The position numbers and the translations under genes are program-made. This document shows, one piece after another, positions 44,098-55,376 of a stretch of DNA of 64,000 bases. The notes beneath the pieces were generated by a model. That model did not search any database. It saw only the letters and a program-made list of their open reading frames with translations, and was not told where the DNA came from. The first letter of the stretch is position 1, and each line of letters begins with the position of its first letter. The stretch is taken from contig CAVXTH010000008.1 in NCBI GenBank assembly GCA_963764625.1, positions 128,001 through 192,000 of the forward strand, in the 5' to 3' direction. The DNA is from Candidatus Krumholzibacteriota bacterium (GTDB lineage: Bacteria; Krumholzibacteriota; Krumholzibacteriia; JAJRXK01).

Positions 44098-44968
44098 CTC
44101 GGTCGCCCCTGTGGCGGCATCGCGCCTCGAATCGGCCGCGCCGGCGTGGCTGGGAGATCGCCAGGCCACGATGCTGCCGCTGGAAGCCTTGCGGCCCAAT
44201 CCACACCAACCCCGGCATCAGATGGACGAGACGGCGCTCGAGGAGTTGAGCGACTCGATTCGCCAAAACGGGGTTCTTCAGCCGATTCTGGTGCGCCGCA
44301 CCGCCGAGGGCTTCGAGCTCGTGGCCGGAGAGCGCCGCTTGCGCGCGGCGGCGCGTGCGGGCCTGGGGGAGATTCCGGCCCTGGTCTGCAGCATGGAAGA
44401 GACGGAATCGATGAAGCTCGCGCTTCTGGAGAACATTCAGCGCGAGGATTTGAGCGCGCTCGAAGAAGCCGAAGCCTACCGCGCCATCATGCAGGCCCTG
44501 GACGCGAGCCACCAAGAGCTGGCCACGATGCTGGGAAAGAGCCGCAGCACGGTCAGCAACATGCTCCGCTTGCTACAGCTCGAACCCCCCATTCACGAGC
44601 TGATGGAGGCCGGTCTCTTGACCATGGGTCATGCCCGGGCCCTCCTCTCGGTGGAGGATTCCCGGGCCCGGGTGCGCCTGGCCCGGCACACCGCCCAGAA
44701 GGGACTTTCAGTGCGCGCGCTCGAACGAGAGGCGCGGCGCCTGATTTCCCTCAGCAGCACCGTGAGCAGCCGCCGCCGGCGCCGCGGGCGTCGCGACGAA
44801 CCCCAGAATGCCGCGGTCCGCGCGCTCGAAGAACGCCTGCGCCATCATCTCGGCACCGCGGCCCGCATCCACCGGCGCGGAGAGAAGGGGCGCCTCGAAA
44901 TTCCCTTCTTTTCCGACGCGGAGCTCGAGGGCATCCTCGAACGCATGGGCGTGGAGACCCAGCTCTAA
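44051..44968 (+). CDS. parB: Chromosome partitioning protein ParB/Spo0J
   Basis: LGKGLSALI, PNPHQPR, GERRLRAA, ENIQREDL, GKSRSTVSN HTH. Confidence 0.96.
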   Translation: MAKRVLGKGLSALIGNSVAPVAASRLESAAPAWLGDRQATMLPLEALRPNPHQPRHQMDETALEELSDSIRQNGVLQPILVRRTAEGFELVAGERRLRAAARAGLGEIPALVCSMEETESMKLALLENIQREDLSALEEAEAYRAIMQALDASHQELATMLGKSRSTVSNMLRLLQLEPPIHELMEAGLLTMGHARALLSVEDSRARVRLARHTAQKGLSVRALEREARRLISLSSTVSSRRRRRGRRDEPQNAAVRALEERLRHHLGTAARIHRRGEKGRLEIPFFSDAELEGILERMGVETQL

Positions 44969-45255
44969 GCTCTGGTTTCCAAGGGATTCGGCAGCCTCGC
45001 GCGGTCCGGTGCCCACAAAACGTGGACAACAGTAAATCCATATAACACATTATTATATAATAAAATAGAGACTATTCCCCTAGATATCCACAGACTTTCT
45101 CCCCAACTTATCCCCATCCGATGGCACGGAAATGGGCACAGCGCGGGGCAGCCGGACTCGCCGCAAGATCCACGGGACTTGACGCGCGCTGCTTCGCGTC
45201 CGAAACTCCCCTTCGCCTGACACTCGTGGGGCTCTCAGTCGTGGGCGGCCGAGCG

Positions 45256-46050
45256 GTGAATCGATCCTGGAACATCATCATCGTGCCCGCGGATCACTCC
45301 CGGACGCGGCAGTACACGGTCTCCCGCGGACTCGCACTGGTGACCGCGATCTTGCTGGCGGTGTTCTGCTTGACCGTTTTGGTCTTCATGATGAATTACT
45401 CGCGCGTGTTGGGGCAGTCCCGCAAGGCCGCCGCCTTGGAGCGGGAGAACCAGGACCTGCGCCGCCAGGTGGCCACGGTCGACCGGCTCAACCGCGAGGT
45501 GGAGAACCTGACCGCGCTGAAAGCGCAGGTTCTCTCCATGCTGGGAGTCGAAGGCCGCGAGAAGACGGAGATTCCCGACAGCTCCCTGACCCGGGCGAAC
45601 CGCAGCGCCAGCCTGGAGCTTCTGGGCGTCAACCATCTCCAGGCGGCGGCCGCGCTGCGCTCTCATGCTCCAACTCGTTGGCCTGTAGAAGGTTATGTCT
45701 CCAAGGAGTTCTACGATTCCGAAAAGGGAGGCAACGGCCATCCGGGATTGGACCTGGTGGCGCCCAACGGGGCGCCGGTTCACGCGGCCGGTCGGGGAAA
45801 GGTGGTGGAGGCGAGCTACGACGAATCGCTCGGCAACTATATCGTCATCGACCACGGCTTCGGCTATAGTACCCTGTACGGCCACAACCAGCGCTTGCTC
45901 GTGCAGGTCGGGCAATCGGTGGATCAGGGGCAGGTAATCGCCCGCTTGGGCAACACTGGCCGCAGTAGTGCGCCGCACTTACATTTCGAAATCCGTCTCG
46001 ACGGCAAGTCCGTCGATCCGCGACAGTATCTGGCACCCAAGTCGCCCTAG
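45256..46050 (+). CDS. M23 family metallopeptidase with TM anchor and coiled coil
   Basis: HPGLD, YGHNQ, GNTGRSSAPHLHFEIR. Confidence 0.9.
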   Translation: MNRSWNIIIVPADHSRTRQYTVSRGLALVTAILLAVFCLTVLVFMMNYSRVLGQSRKAAALERENQDLRRQVATVDRLNREVENLTALKAQVLSMLGVEGREKTEIPDSSLTRANRSASLELLGVNHLQAAAALRSHAPTRWPVEGYVSKEFYDSEKGGNGHPGLDLVAPNGAPVHAAGRGKVVEASYDESLGNYIVIDHGFGYSTLYGHNQRLLVQVGQSVDQGQVIARLGNTGRSSAPHLHFEIRLDGKSVDPRQYLAPKSP

Positions 46051-46075
46051 GCGCGCATGCGCGCGGAGGAAGCAG

Positions 46076-46543
46076 ATGTTCGGCAAAGAAAACGAAACAG
46101 AGGTACCCATGAAACAAGATGATCCCAATGCCACCTCGATTCTCGCCAAAGGCTGCAGCTTCAAGGGAGAGGTCGAGGTCCAGGGGACGCTCCGCATCGA
46201 AGGGGATTTCGAGGGTACGATTCGCCATCCCGAGAACCTCGTGGTCGGAAAAACCGGAACCGTCAAGGGCGAGATTTTCGCCAAGAACGCGGTCATCGGT
46301 GGTCGCGTGGACGGCAACATCGCCGCGGACGACAAGATCGAGCTCCAGTCGGGAAGCACCCTCGAGGGAGACATCAAGACGCGCCGGCTGGTCATCGACG
46401 AGGGTGTCGTCTTCGAAGGTTCTTGCTCCATGGGCAAGCGCCCGGTGAACGAGGATCGGGAGATCAAGAGCGGACCGGCCTCCACGACGCCCACGCCACT
46501 GGGCTTGGGCCAGAACCAGAAGCAGAAGATCAGCAACACCTAG
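46076..46543 (+). CDS. Bactofilin (polymer-forming cytoskeletal protein)
   Basis: TSILAKGCSFKGEV...LRIEGDFEGTI...LVIDEGVVFEGSC beta-helix pattern; usual partner of M23 peptidase. Confidence 0.92.
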   Translation: MFGKENETEVPMKQDDPNATSILAKGCSFKGEVEVQGTLRIEGDFEGTIRHPENLVVGKTGTVKGEIFAKNAVIGGRVDGNIAADDKIELQSGSTLEGDIKTRRLVIDEGVVFEGSCSMGKRPVNEDREIKSGPASTTPTPLGLGQNQKQKISNT

Positions 46544-46830
46544 AGGGCCCTGCCCTCCCTGCGCGTCAAGACCGATGCCCTCCCCGAGGACGGGTGCGGC
46601 GCCGGTCGGTGGGCGCATGAGCCTTCGGATCCGGGAATCGGCCCGGATCCCGGGCTGAGGGAGGAAGGCCGCATTCCGGATATATTTTTACCGCATTGGT
46701 TGTGGTTCTCCGCGGGGACTTGCTATACTTGGATCGGCCCTGAAAGCCAAGTATTCCTGAATCCTGCCCGAAACGCTCCGATGCCTATCCCTGGCGGTCG
46801 GTTAGCGGGCAATGAGGAGGCTATGCACCC

Positions 46831-47549
46831 ATGAACTTGTTCCAGAAAATCATTCTGGGCGTTTGCGCCCTGTGCCTGATCGTGCCCGCGGTGGCGCATG
46901 CCGTCGTGATCAACGAGATTCGCATCGACGACGATGGCGGCGACAACGACGAGTACTTCGAGCTCGCCGGCACGCCGGGTCAGTCGCTGGACGGATACAC
47001 CTATATCGTGATCGGTGATGGCGCCGGCGGCAGCGGCAGTCGATCGAAAACGTGACCGACCTCACTGGCCAGTCCATTCAGGCCGACGGCTATCTGGCCG
47101 TTCACAAATCCGGTACGGTGGGCGACTGCAGCGGCTATGACGTCGATCTCACGCTCAACTTCGAGAACAGCGACAACGTGACCCACCTGTTGGTGACGGG
47201 GTTCACCGGCACGAACGGTGATGACCTCGACACCGACGATGATGGTGTGTCTCGACGCCACCCCCTGGGCGACCATTGAGGACAGCGTGGCGTTCATCGA
47301 GACCGTCGGCTCAGGGAACGACGCAGATCATGTACTCCATGACTCAGGTGGGTCCGGACGGCAACTTACGTTCCCGGACACATCTTCCGTTGTGGCAACA
47401 CCTGGCACATCGGTCCCTTCGGAGCTAGCGGCGAGCTCGTTTGCTCGGTCGCTTCCGGGACCCTCGACACTCCGGGTGCCGACAACAGTCCTTCGTGCGC
47501 GATCCCGAGCGAGGAGACCAGCTGGGGTGCCATGAAGTCCCGCTTCTAA
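46831..47549 (+). pseudogene. Secreted lamin-tail-domain-like protein with C-terminal WGxxKxxF motif, several frameshifts
   Basis: Signal peptide, VVINEIRID...EYFEL, LNFENSDNVTHLLV; the final frame reads SCAIPSEETSWGAMKSRF-TAA(47549). Confidence 0.65.
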
Positions 47550-47595
47550 TCCACGCCTTAGCACACGCGAATCTCGCGTGTGGAAAGTAGAATGA

Positions 47596-47630
47596 AAGAG
47601 GCCCCGCATCGAATGATGCGGGGCCTTCTC
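47596..47630. terminator. Intrinsic terminator between convergent genes
   Basis: AGGCCCCGCATC GAAT GATGCGGGGCCT perfect stem-loop. Confidence 0.7.
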
Positions 47631-47662
47631 GTTGCACAGGACCGAGCCCGGGCTCTCCCGAA

Positions 47663-48220
47663 TTAACCGTCGGTCCGCGGCCCGCGGTGTCGCGCATGCG
47701 GCCCACGGTCTCCCATGCGACGGGCTCCACCGCGCATTCCCCAGGCGCCACGGTGCGGCCGCTCGGCTCGCATCTGCACCCACTCCGCGCGTTGCTCGGC
47801 CGTCAACAGCGCGCGCATATCCATCTGATGGGCGAGCCGCGCCGTCGCCATCTTCGAACGCAGGTCCTGAACCTTGGCGCCCGCTTTCAAGACGGCGTTG
47901 CGATCCGCCTCCGGATCGAGAAGCAGCGCCTCGAGTTCCGCCTTTGCGTTCGCAACTTCACCGCTCAAGCGGGTTTGCTCTTGCTGATGCTTCAGCCGCA
48001 GCGCGCCGAGCTTGGTCTGTTGCTCCTCGCTCAAGTCCAGCTTCGCGATCAGCGCCTGCCGGAAGAAGCCCCCAGGAGCATTGTCGCCGCCCCGAGCCCA
48101 CGCGGGACCGCCGGAAGACGGAGGGGGAGGCGCGGGTTGGGAGTGCACCGCCGCGGGAATCAGGATTGCCAAGAGGGCAAGTCCGGCGATTGCCGCAGTC
48201 CAACTTCGTGTCGACTTCAT
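47663..48220 (-). CDS. Spy/CpxP family periplasmic helical protein
   Basis: Signal peptide; LDLSEEQQ and LLTAEQR (LTxxQ-like motifs). Confidence 0.8.
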   Translation of the reverse strand: MKSTRSWTAAIAGLALLAILIPAAVHSQPAPPPPSSGGPAWARGGDNAPGGFFRQALIAKLDLSEEQQTKLGALRLKHQQEQTRLSGEVANAKAELEALLLDPEADRNAVLKAGAKVQDLRSKMATARLAHQMDMRALLTAEQRAEWVQMRAERPHRGAWGMRGGARRMGDRGPHARHRGPRTDG

Positions 48221-48738
48221 CGTCTTTCTCCTTCGTTCATTCCCCGACGGCGGGGAAACCAAGCTCCGGGTCGGCGGCGGTCTTCCGGCCGCAGAAACTT
48301 CGCTTCCTTGAGCAGAGCTTCGGTGACCAGACTGTCGAGCCGCGTTTGGAGCTGACTGATTTTTTCGTGCGCCACGAGCACCGAGTCACGATTGGGAACC
48401 GGCTCTCGCAGCTCTTGAGCAAAGTCTCTCCGCGCCTCTTCGAGGCGCTGTCGCGTGTCGATCATCTGTGGCTCCAGGGGGAGAAGCGAGCTCTGAAGCT
48501 CCTCTCTCCTCTGGGGATCCAGATGCAGATGACGATCGAGCCACTGCGCGCGTCGCGAAGCCCAGGCCCCGTGTGTGCGCGCGGTAAACTCTTCACCGCC
48601 AGGCATTCTGCGGTGAGCATCGTGACGCGGATAGGGAGCCGGACTCACGGGAGCGCGGCGATGGCCGAGCCACGCCAGTCCGAATCCGATGTTGATCGCG
48701 AGGGAGAGAACGAGGGCGAGCCGCGCGAATCGCTTCAC
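48217..48738 (-). CDS. Periplasmic heavy-metal sensor-like (Metal_resist) protein
   Basis: LVLSLAINIG TM anchor, LHLDPQRR, LRPEDR; coupled by GTGA/ATGA overlaps. Confidence 0.7.
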   Translation of the reverse strand: MKRFARLALVLSLAINIGFGLAWLGHRRAPVSPAPYPRHDAHRRMPGGEEFTARTHGAWASRRAQWLDRHLHLDPQRREELQSSLLPLEPQMIDTRQRLEEARRDFAQELREPVPNRDSVLVAHEKISQLQTRLDSLVTEALLKEAKFLRPEDRRRPGAWFPRRRGMNEGERR

Positions 48739-49169
48739 TGTCCCACCGCCGATTCTCCGTCGCTGGTGGCGGCCAGGTAGGATTCGCCAAACGAAGCCAG
48801 GGGTTGATCCAGGAGCGAACTCTCCGCCAGAAAATCGAGAGAATTCGCATTGTCTCCACCACCGACGCTCGTCCACCCCGCGAGAGCCCCCAGGCTCAGA
48901 CCAAAGAGAACCAAGAGCGCGTACCCCACCCGGTAGAGTCCTCGCGATCGCTGACGGCGCGGCAACCGCGCCTCGATCCCGGGCCACAGGTTCAGCTCGA
49001 GCGAGCTCTGCGCCTGGTCGAGTTGAGCGTGCAGGGCGCGAAGCGCCTCGAGCTCACGCCGACAATCCGCGCACGCGGCCATGCGAGCCTCCACCGCCTC
49101 CCTCTCTGGGGCCGAAATCTCCCCGTCGAGGTAAGCCAAGAGGCGAAGAGAGTGTTCGTGCTGCTTCAT
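48735..49169 (-). CDS. Anti-sigma factor (zf-HC2-like, one TM)
   Basis: LLAYLDGEIS...RMAACADC (CxxC; His replaced by Arg) followed by a TM segment. Confidence 0.8.
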   Translation of the reverse strand: MKQHEHSLRLLAYLDGEISAPEREAVEARMAACADCRRELEALRALHAQLDQAQSSLELNLWPGIEARLPRRQRSRGLYRVGYALLVLFGLSLGALAGWTSVGGGDNANSLDFLAESSLLDQPLASFGESYLAATSDGESAVGQ

Positions 49170-49227
49170 GCGTTCTCACCTTTCACTTCTACTCAACGCG
49201 CGCGCTCGGCGAATCCTGCGCGGAGAA

Positions 49228-49812
49228 TCAGAAATCGTCTCCGAATCCCTTAGCGCGCAAGCTTTCCTGCAATTGATGGGTCGCTCGCACCAAGAGGGAT
49301 TCCACCGCGGAATCGCTCGCCTTCAGCACCTTGCCGATCTCGCGGTACGAGAGATTCCCCTCGTGGCGGAGGCTGAAGGCCAGGCGTTGGCGCTCGGGAA
49401 GTTCCGCCACGCTCTCCTGAATGGCGCTGGCGATCTCGTGATTCCGCTGGTCCGCATCCGCTTCGAAGGGGCGGGGTGCGGCGGGATCGGTGGTGTAGTC
49501 CTCCGTCGACAGCGGGAGCCAACTCAGGATCCGGCGGCGGCGCAGGCGGGAGCGGCAGAGGTTGCCCGCGATTCGAAACAACCAGGAGCGGAAACGCCCT
49601 TGGGGCTGATAGTTGCCGGCGTGACGGTAGACCTTGAGGAAGCAGTCCTGTGCGAGGTCGCGCGCGTCCTCTTCGTTTCCCAGACATCGCAGGGAGAACG
49701 CGAACACCGGCCGCTGCCAACGATCGATCAACAGGCGCAGCGCGGTTTCGTCGCCGGCCGCCACGCGCGCGACGAGTTCGTCGTCTGGCAAAGAGCGATC
49801 GGTTCCCGTCAT
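49228..49812 (-). CDS. ECF sigma-70 factor
   Basis: DARDLAQDCFL, FRSWLFRIA, LPERQR, LSYREIG, VESLLVRA. Confidence 0.93.
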   Translation of the reverse strand: MTGTDRSLPDDELVARVAAGDETALRLLIDRWQRPVFAFSLRCLGNEEDARDLAQDCFLKVYRHAGNYQPQGRFRSWLFRIAGNLCRSRLRRRRILSWLPLSTEDYTTDPAAPRPFEADADQRNHEIASAIQESVAELPERQRLAFSLRHEGNLSYREIGKVLKASDSAVESLLVRATHQLQESLRAKGFGDDF

Positions 49813-49819
49813 GCTTCTC

Positions 49820-50656
49820 TCACCCAGGAATCGAGGCCACGAAGACGAGGTCGTGACTCTCCTCCTCGATGAACTCGCAGCGGCTCATTCCACCATAACG
49901 CGCGAACTCGGAAAATCCTGCGCCGCGCACCAAAGCTTCGAGCTCCGGAGAGGTCCAGCTTCGCACGCGAATTCGCCGGGCCGAGCGAACCACCAGGGGC
50001 TCTTCCTCCTCGGGACGATATTGGAGGGTCGCGGGGACGAACCACAAGTGCTCCTCGTCCTGGGGAGAAAGCAGTCGCAGCCAGACGACCTCGCCCGCGG
50101 GATTCTCCGGATCGGGACGCACGTTCAGGGGCAAGCTGCGAACTCCCTTAGCGCGGATGCGCTGGTAGTTCAGGAGCTGCACGAGCAGGGGAGCGCCGGG
50201 GGCGAGATGGCGGGCGAGCACTTCTAGTCGCGCCACCAGGTCCTGCTCCTCGAAATAGGGGAAGACGTTCCCGACGCACAGCGCTCCGGCGAAGCGCGGG
50301 TCTTCCTGAAGGGCCGTGGTGGGAAGGGGTGCATCGCGCCTTGCCCAGGCACACACCTCGCCGAGATCCAGCATGTCCGCGCAGCGGAAGAAGGGGCCGT
50401 GCGCGCCGAACTCTCCCTCGTAGGCGCGCGCGCTTTCGATTTGCTTTTCCGAGGAATCGACGCCAATGGCATGCCATCCGACAGAGGCGAGCCAGCGGGC
50501 ATGTTCTCCGGTGCCGCAGCCCAGGTCGACGATGGTCCCGCCCTGCGGCGGGCCGAAAGTCGCGGCGAGGAAGGGTGCTTCCCGGCGCAGGCGGGGGGCC
50601 CAATCGATCAGACTGCGATAGTCGCCGTTTTCAAAATGATCCTTTTGCTGCACCAT
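49820..50656 (-). CDS. Class I SAM-dependent methyltransferase
   Basis: VDLGCGTGEH, IGVDSS, ADM, LCVGN, LAPGA. Confidence 0.85.
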   Translation of the reverse strand: MVQQKDHFENGDYRSLIDWAPRLRREAPFLAATFGPPQGGTIVDLGCGTGEHARWLASVGWHAIGVDSSEKQIESARAYEGEFGAHGPFFRCADMLDLGEVCAWARRDAPLPTTALQEDPRFAGALCVGNVFPYFEEQDLVARLEVLARHLAPGAPLLVQLLNYQRIRAKGVRSLPLNVRPDPENPAGEVVWLRLLSPQDEEHLWFVPATLQYRPEEEEPLVVRSARRIRVRSWTSPELEALVRGAGFSEFARYGGMSRCEFIEEESHDLVFVASIPG

Positions 50657-50684
50657 CTTCCCTCTCTGAAGTAGAATTGAAGCG

Positions 50685-51641
50685 ATGAACGAAATCCACG
50701 TCCGTCCAGCCACTCTCGACGATGTGCCCGTCATCGCCGAACTTTCTCCCTCGGCCGAGGACATGCGCCAGGCCGCGCCCCGCGAAATGGCGCCGCTGGA
50801 CGCGGAGATGGTGACGCAGTGGATGCGCGAACGCAGCAGCGGATTCGTCCTCGAGTACGACGGCCGAATCGTGGCCTATGGCGAGCTGAATGAAAACTCC
50901 GAAGAGCGCGCTTCGTACTGGATCGGCCACGTCATGGTTCACCCCCGACGCCGGGGCTCTGGGTTCGGGCGCAACCTGGTGGGGGCCTTGCTCAAACACG
51001 CGATGGAGTCCCTGAACGCCCGCGAAGTGCGGATCAGCGCTTTCGACGACAACCCCGCCGCCTTGAAGTGTTACCGGGCCTGTGGCTTCACCGAGGGGGG
51101 CCGGCGCTTCATCGACGGACGTATTCTGGTGGACTTCCGCTTCCGCGACGAAAGCGGGGAGCGAATTCTGCCCCCTCTGGTGGCCATGCTCCTCGTTCTC
51201 AGCGCGGCCGGTCTGACCGCGCTCCTTTCGCCAGCTTCGGCGAAGTTCTGGCTGCAGGACATGAGTCAGGAATACCTCGGTTTCGCACTGATTCTGGGAA
51301 CCGTGGTCGCGGGTCTGATGGGTCTTCTGTTGCATCCGCTCCTTCCCCGACGTTCGGGCAGCCGAGTCGAACGCTTCCTTCTGCCCGTCATCTACGGAGC
51401 CAGCGTGGCTCTCTCCTCCGCGATCCTCCTCGCGCTAATCTTCTTCGTGTTCGCGCGCCTGGGCATGGGAATGGGGACCACGCTCCTCAGCCAGCACACT
51501 CCGATGGCTTCGGGTTCTTCACAACCGATCACGGGGGAAGCGCTCCTCTGGCGCATCATCTCCCAAAGTTTGGCGCTGGGGAGTGGGTGGGGCGTGATAC
51601 TCGCGCTTCTGAGTCGCGGCCTGGACCGAGGCCGCGGGTAG
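50685..51641 (+). CDS. GNAT N-acetyltransferase fused to a C-terminal membrane domain
   Basis: VHPRRRGSGFG acetyl-CoA motif, NPAALKCYRACGF, then about four hydrophobic helices. Confidence 0.75.
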   Translation: MNEIHVRPATLDDVPVIAELSPSAEDMRQAAPREMAPLDAEMVTQWMRERSSGFVLEYDGRIVAYGELNENSEERASYWIGHVMVHPRRRGSGFGRNLVGALLKHAMESLNAREVRISAFDDNPAALKCYRACGFTEGGRRFIDGRILVDFRFRDESGERILPPLVAMLLVLSAAGLTALLSPASAKFWLQDMSQEYLGFALILGTVVAGLMGLLLHPLLPRRSGSRVERFLLPVIYGASVALSSAILLALIFFVFARLGMGMGTTLLSQHTPMASGSSQPITGEALLWRIISQSLALGSGWGVILALLSRGLDRGRG

Positions 51642-51655
51642 CCCGCTCCGGCGTT

Positions 51656-52381
51656 TCAGGTTTGCAGCACGTCCCGCCAGTCCGGCCTCGTGTCGCTGGA
51701 AAACACATAGAGAGGGTAGAGCCTCTCGAAGGTGCTCTTGCATTCGTTGAGAAAGGACCCCGGAGTCAGGCGCGAGGAGTTCTCGCGAAGTTGACGGCTC
51801 ACCACCCAGCCGAGGGTGTCTTGCCACTCGTCTCCGCGCCCGGGAAAGGAGTCGCCCTCGCGCAGGCCCAGGCGCCCCGCGCCGCGCACGAAGCGACGGA
51901 ATTCGAAGCCGCGGCGCAGGTAGTTCGCCTTGATGTAGTCATCCAGAAGAGAAAGATGGCCGCGAAGGCGCGGCTTGAAGACCTCCCGCATCCGTCCCTT
52001 GTTGTACGACCAGTCATAGATGGAAAAGCCCAGGGTCACTGCCTCGGCCCCGATGCCGATGTGGAGATGGCCGTCGCACAGACGGGGAATTTCAGTGTTC
52101 CACCAGAACTGGTAGAGGCTGGTCTTGTAATGCGGCCCCTCCGGCGGCAGCTCCCCAGTGAGCTCGATGCGGCTCAGGTGCTCCTCCGGAGTCTCGCCCG
52201 GCTTGAAGTTCCCGTTGAGTTCTTGCATGAAGGGGGCGAGCCCTTGCTCCAGTTCCTGGAACGGAGCCAGAACGAATTCCTCGTAGAGCTGGCGCTGGGA
52301 CTCGAACCAGAGACGGTGGTTGTTGAGCGTCAACTCGCGGAAGAATTGAAAGGACTCCGCGCGAAAACCTTGAAATGACAT
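51656..52381 (-). CDS. DUF2461 family protein
   Basis: MSFQGF...FFRELTLNNHRLWFESQRQLY...PHYKT. Confidence 0.7.
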   Translation of the reverse strand: MSFQGFRAESFQFFRELTLNNHRLWFESQRQLYEEFVLAPFQELEQGLAPFMQELNGNFKPGETPEEHLSRIELTGELPPEGPHYKTSLYQFWWNTEIPRLCDGHLHIGIGAEAVTLGFSIYDWSYNKGRMREVFKPRLRGHLSLLDDYIKANYLRRGFEFRRFVRGAGRLGLREGDSFPGRGDEWQDTLGWVVSRQLRENSSRLTPGSFLNECKSTFERLYPLYVFSSDTRPDWRDVLQT

Positions 52382-52399
52382 GGATTGGGTCTCCTGGTT

Positions 52400-54717
<2,318 letters not shown>

Positions 54718-54848
54718 ACCTCCGCGAGGCGGCATCTGCCAGCGGCGGCTCTTGCTTGCGCCGCCTCGGTGATCTATGCTCATGAACCCGGCGCGAACGG
54801 AGAGTTCGGCCGATCTGCCGTCGAAACCCTTCAGCCAGGAGGGCAACC

Positions 54849-55183
54849 GTGTCCGAAGCAAGCGAACATACCTACCTCGAACTCAAGGCAATGACGGTCG
54901 CCCAGCTCCGCGAAATCGCCGCCGGTATCGACCACCCCGCGGTCCAGGGCTACACCCAGTTGCGAAAGGCCCAGGTGCTCGAGGGAATCTGCACCGCCCG
55001 GGCATAGAGATGCACGAGCACCACGAGGTCGTGGGGCTCAACCGCGGCGCGGTGCGGACGGAGATCGGCGAGTGGAAGCGCAAGCGTCAGGCGGCCCTGG
55101 AAGCCGGCGACCACGAGCAGCTCCGATTCGCGCGTACCAAGATCCGCCGCCTCAAACGCAAGATCCGCAAGTCGTTGGTCTGA
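54849..55183 (+). pseudogene. Small basic protein with Rho-N-like helix-extension-helix start, one frameshift near 55000
   Basis: AGGAG RBS, GTG 54849: SEASEHTYLELKAMTVAQLREIAAGIDHPAVQGYTQLRKAQVLEGICTA, then shifted GIEMHEHHEVVG...IRRLKRKIRKSLV. Confidence 0.65.
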
Positions 55184-55212
55184 CCCCTTTTTCGAGCGCC
55201 CCCTCTTCGCTC

Positions 55213-55261
55213 TTGCCTTTGTTCGTTGTCGCGAGCTAATATCGGATCATCAGATCTGATG
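55213..55261 (+). promoter_or_regulatory. Promoter with palindromic operator upstream of the multiheme cytochrome
   Basis: TTGCCT-N18-TAATAT, then the perfect palindrome CATCAGATCTGATG (55248-55261). Confidence 0.55.
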
Positions 55262-55376
55262 GCCTTCTGGCGCCGCCCCGTGCTTTCCCCCCTGGGGTGG
55301 CGCCGGGCCTCCCGTTCTCGTGCGGGCGGCCCTGCATGGCTTCCAGCGCAGGCCCGCCCCACCCATGGAGGCGGCG

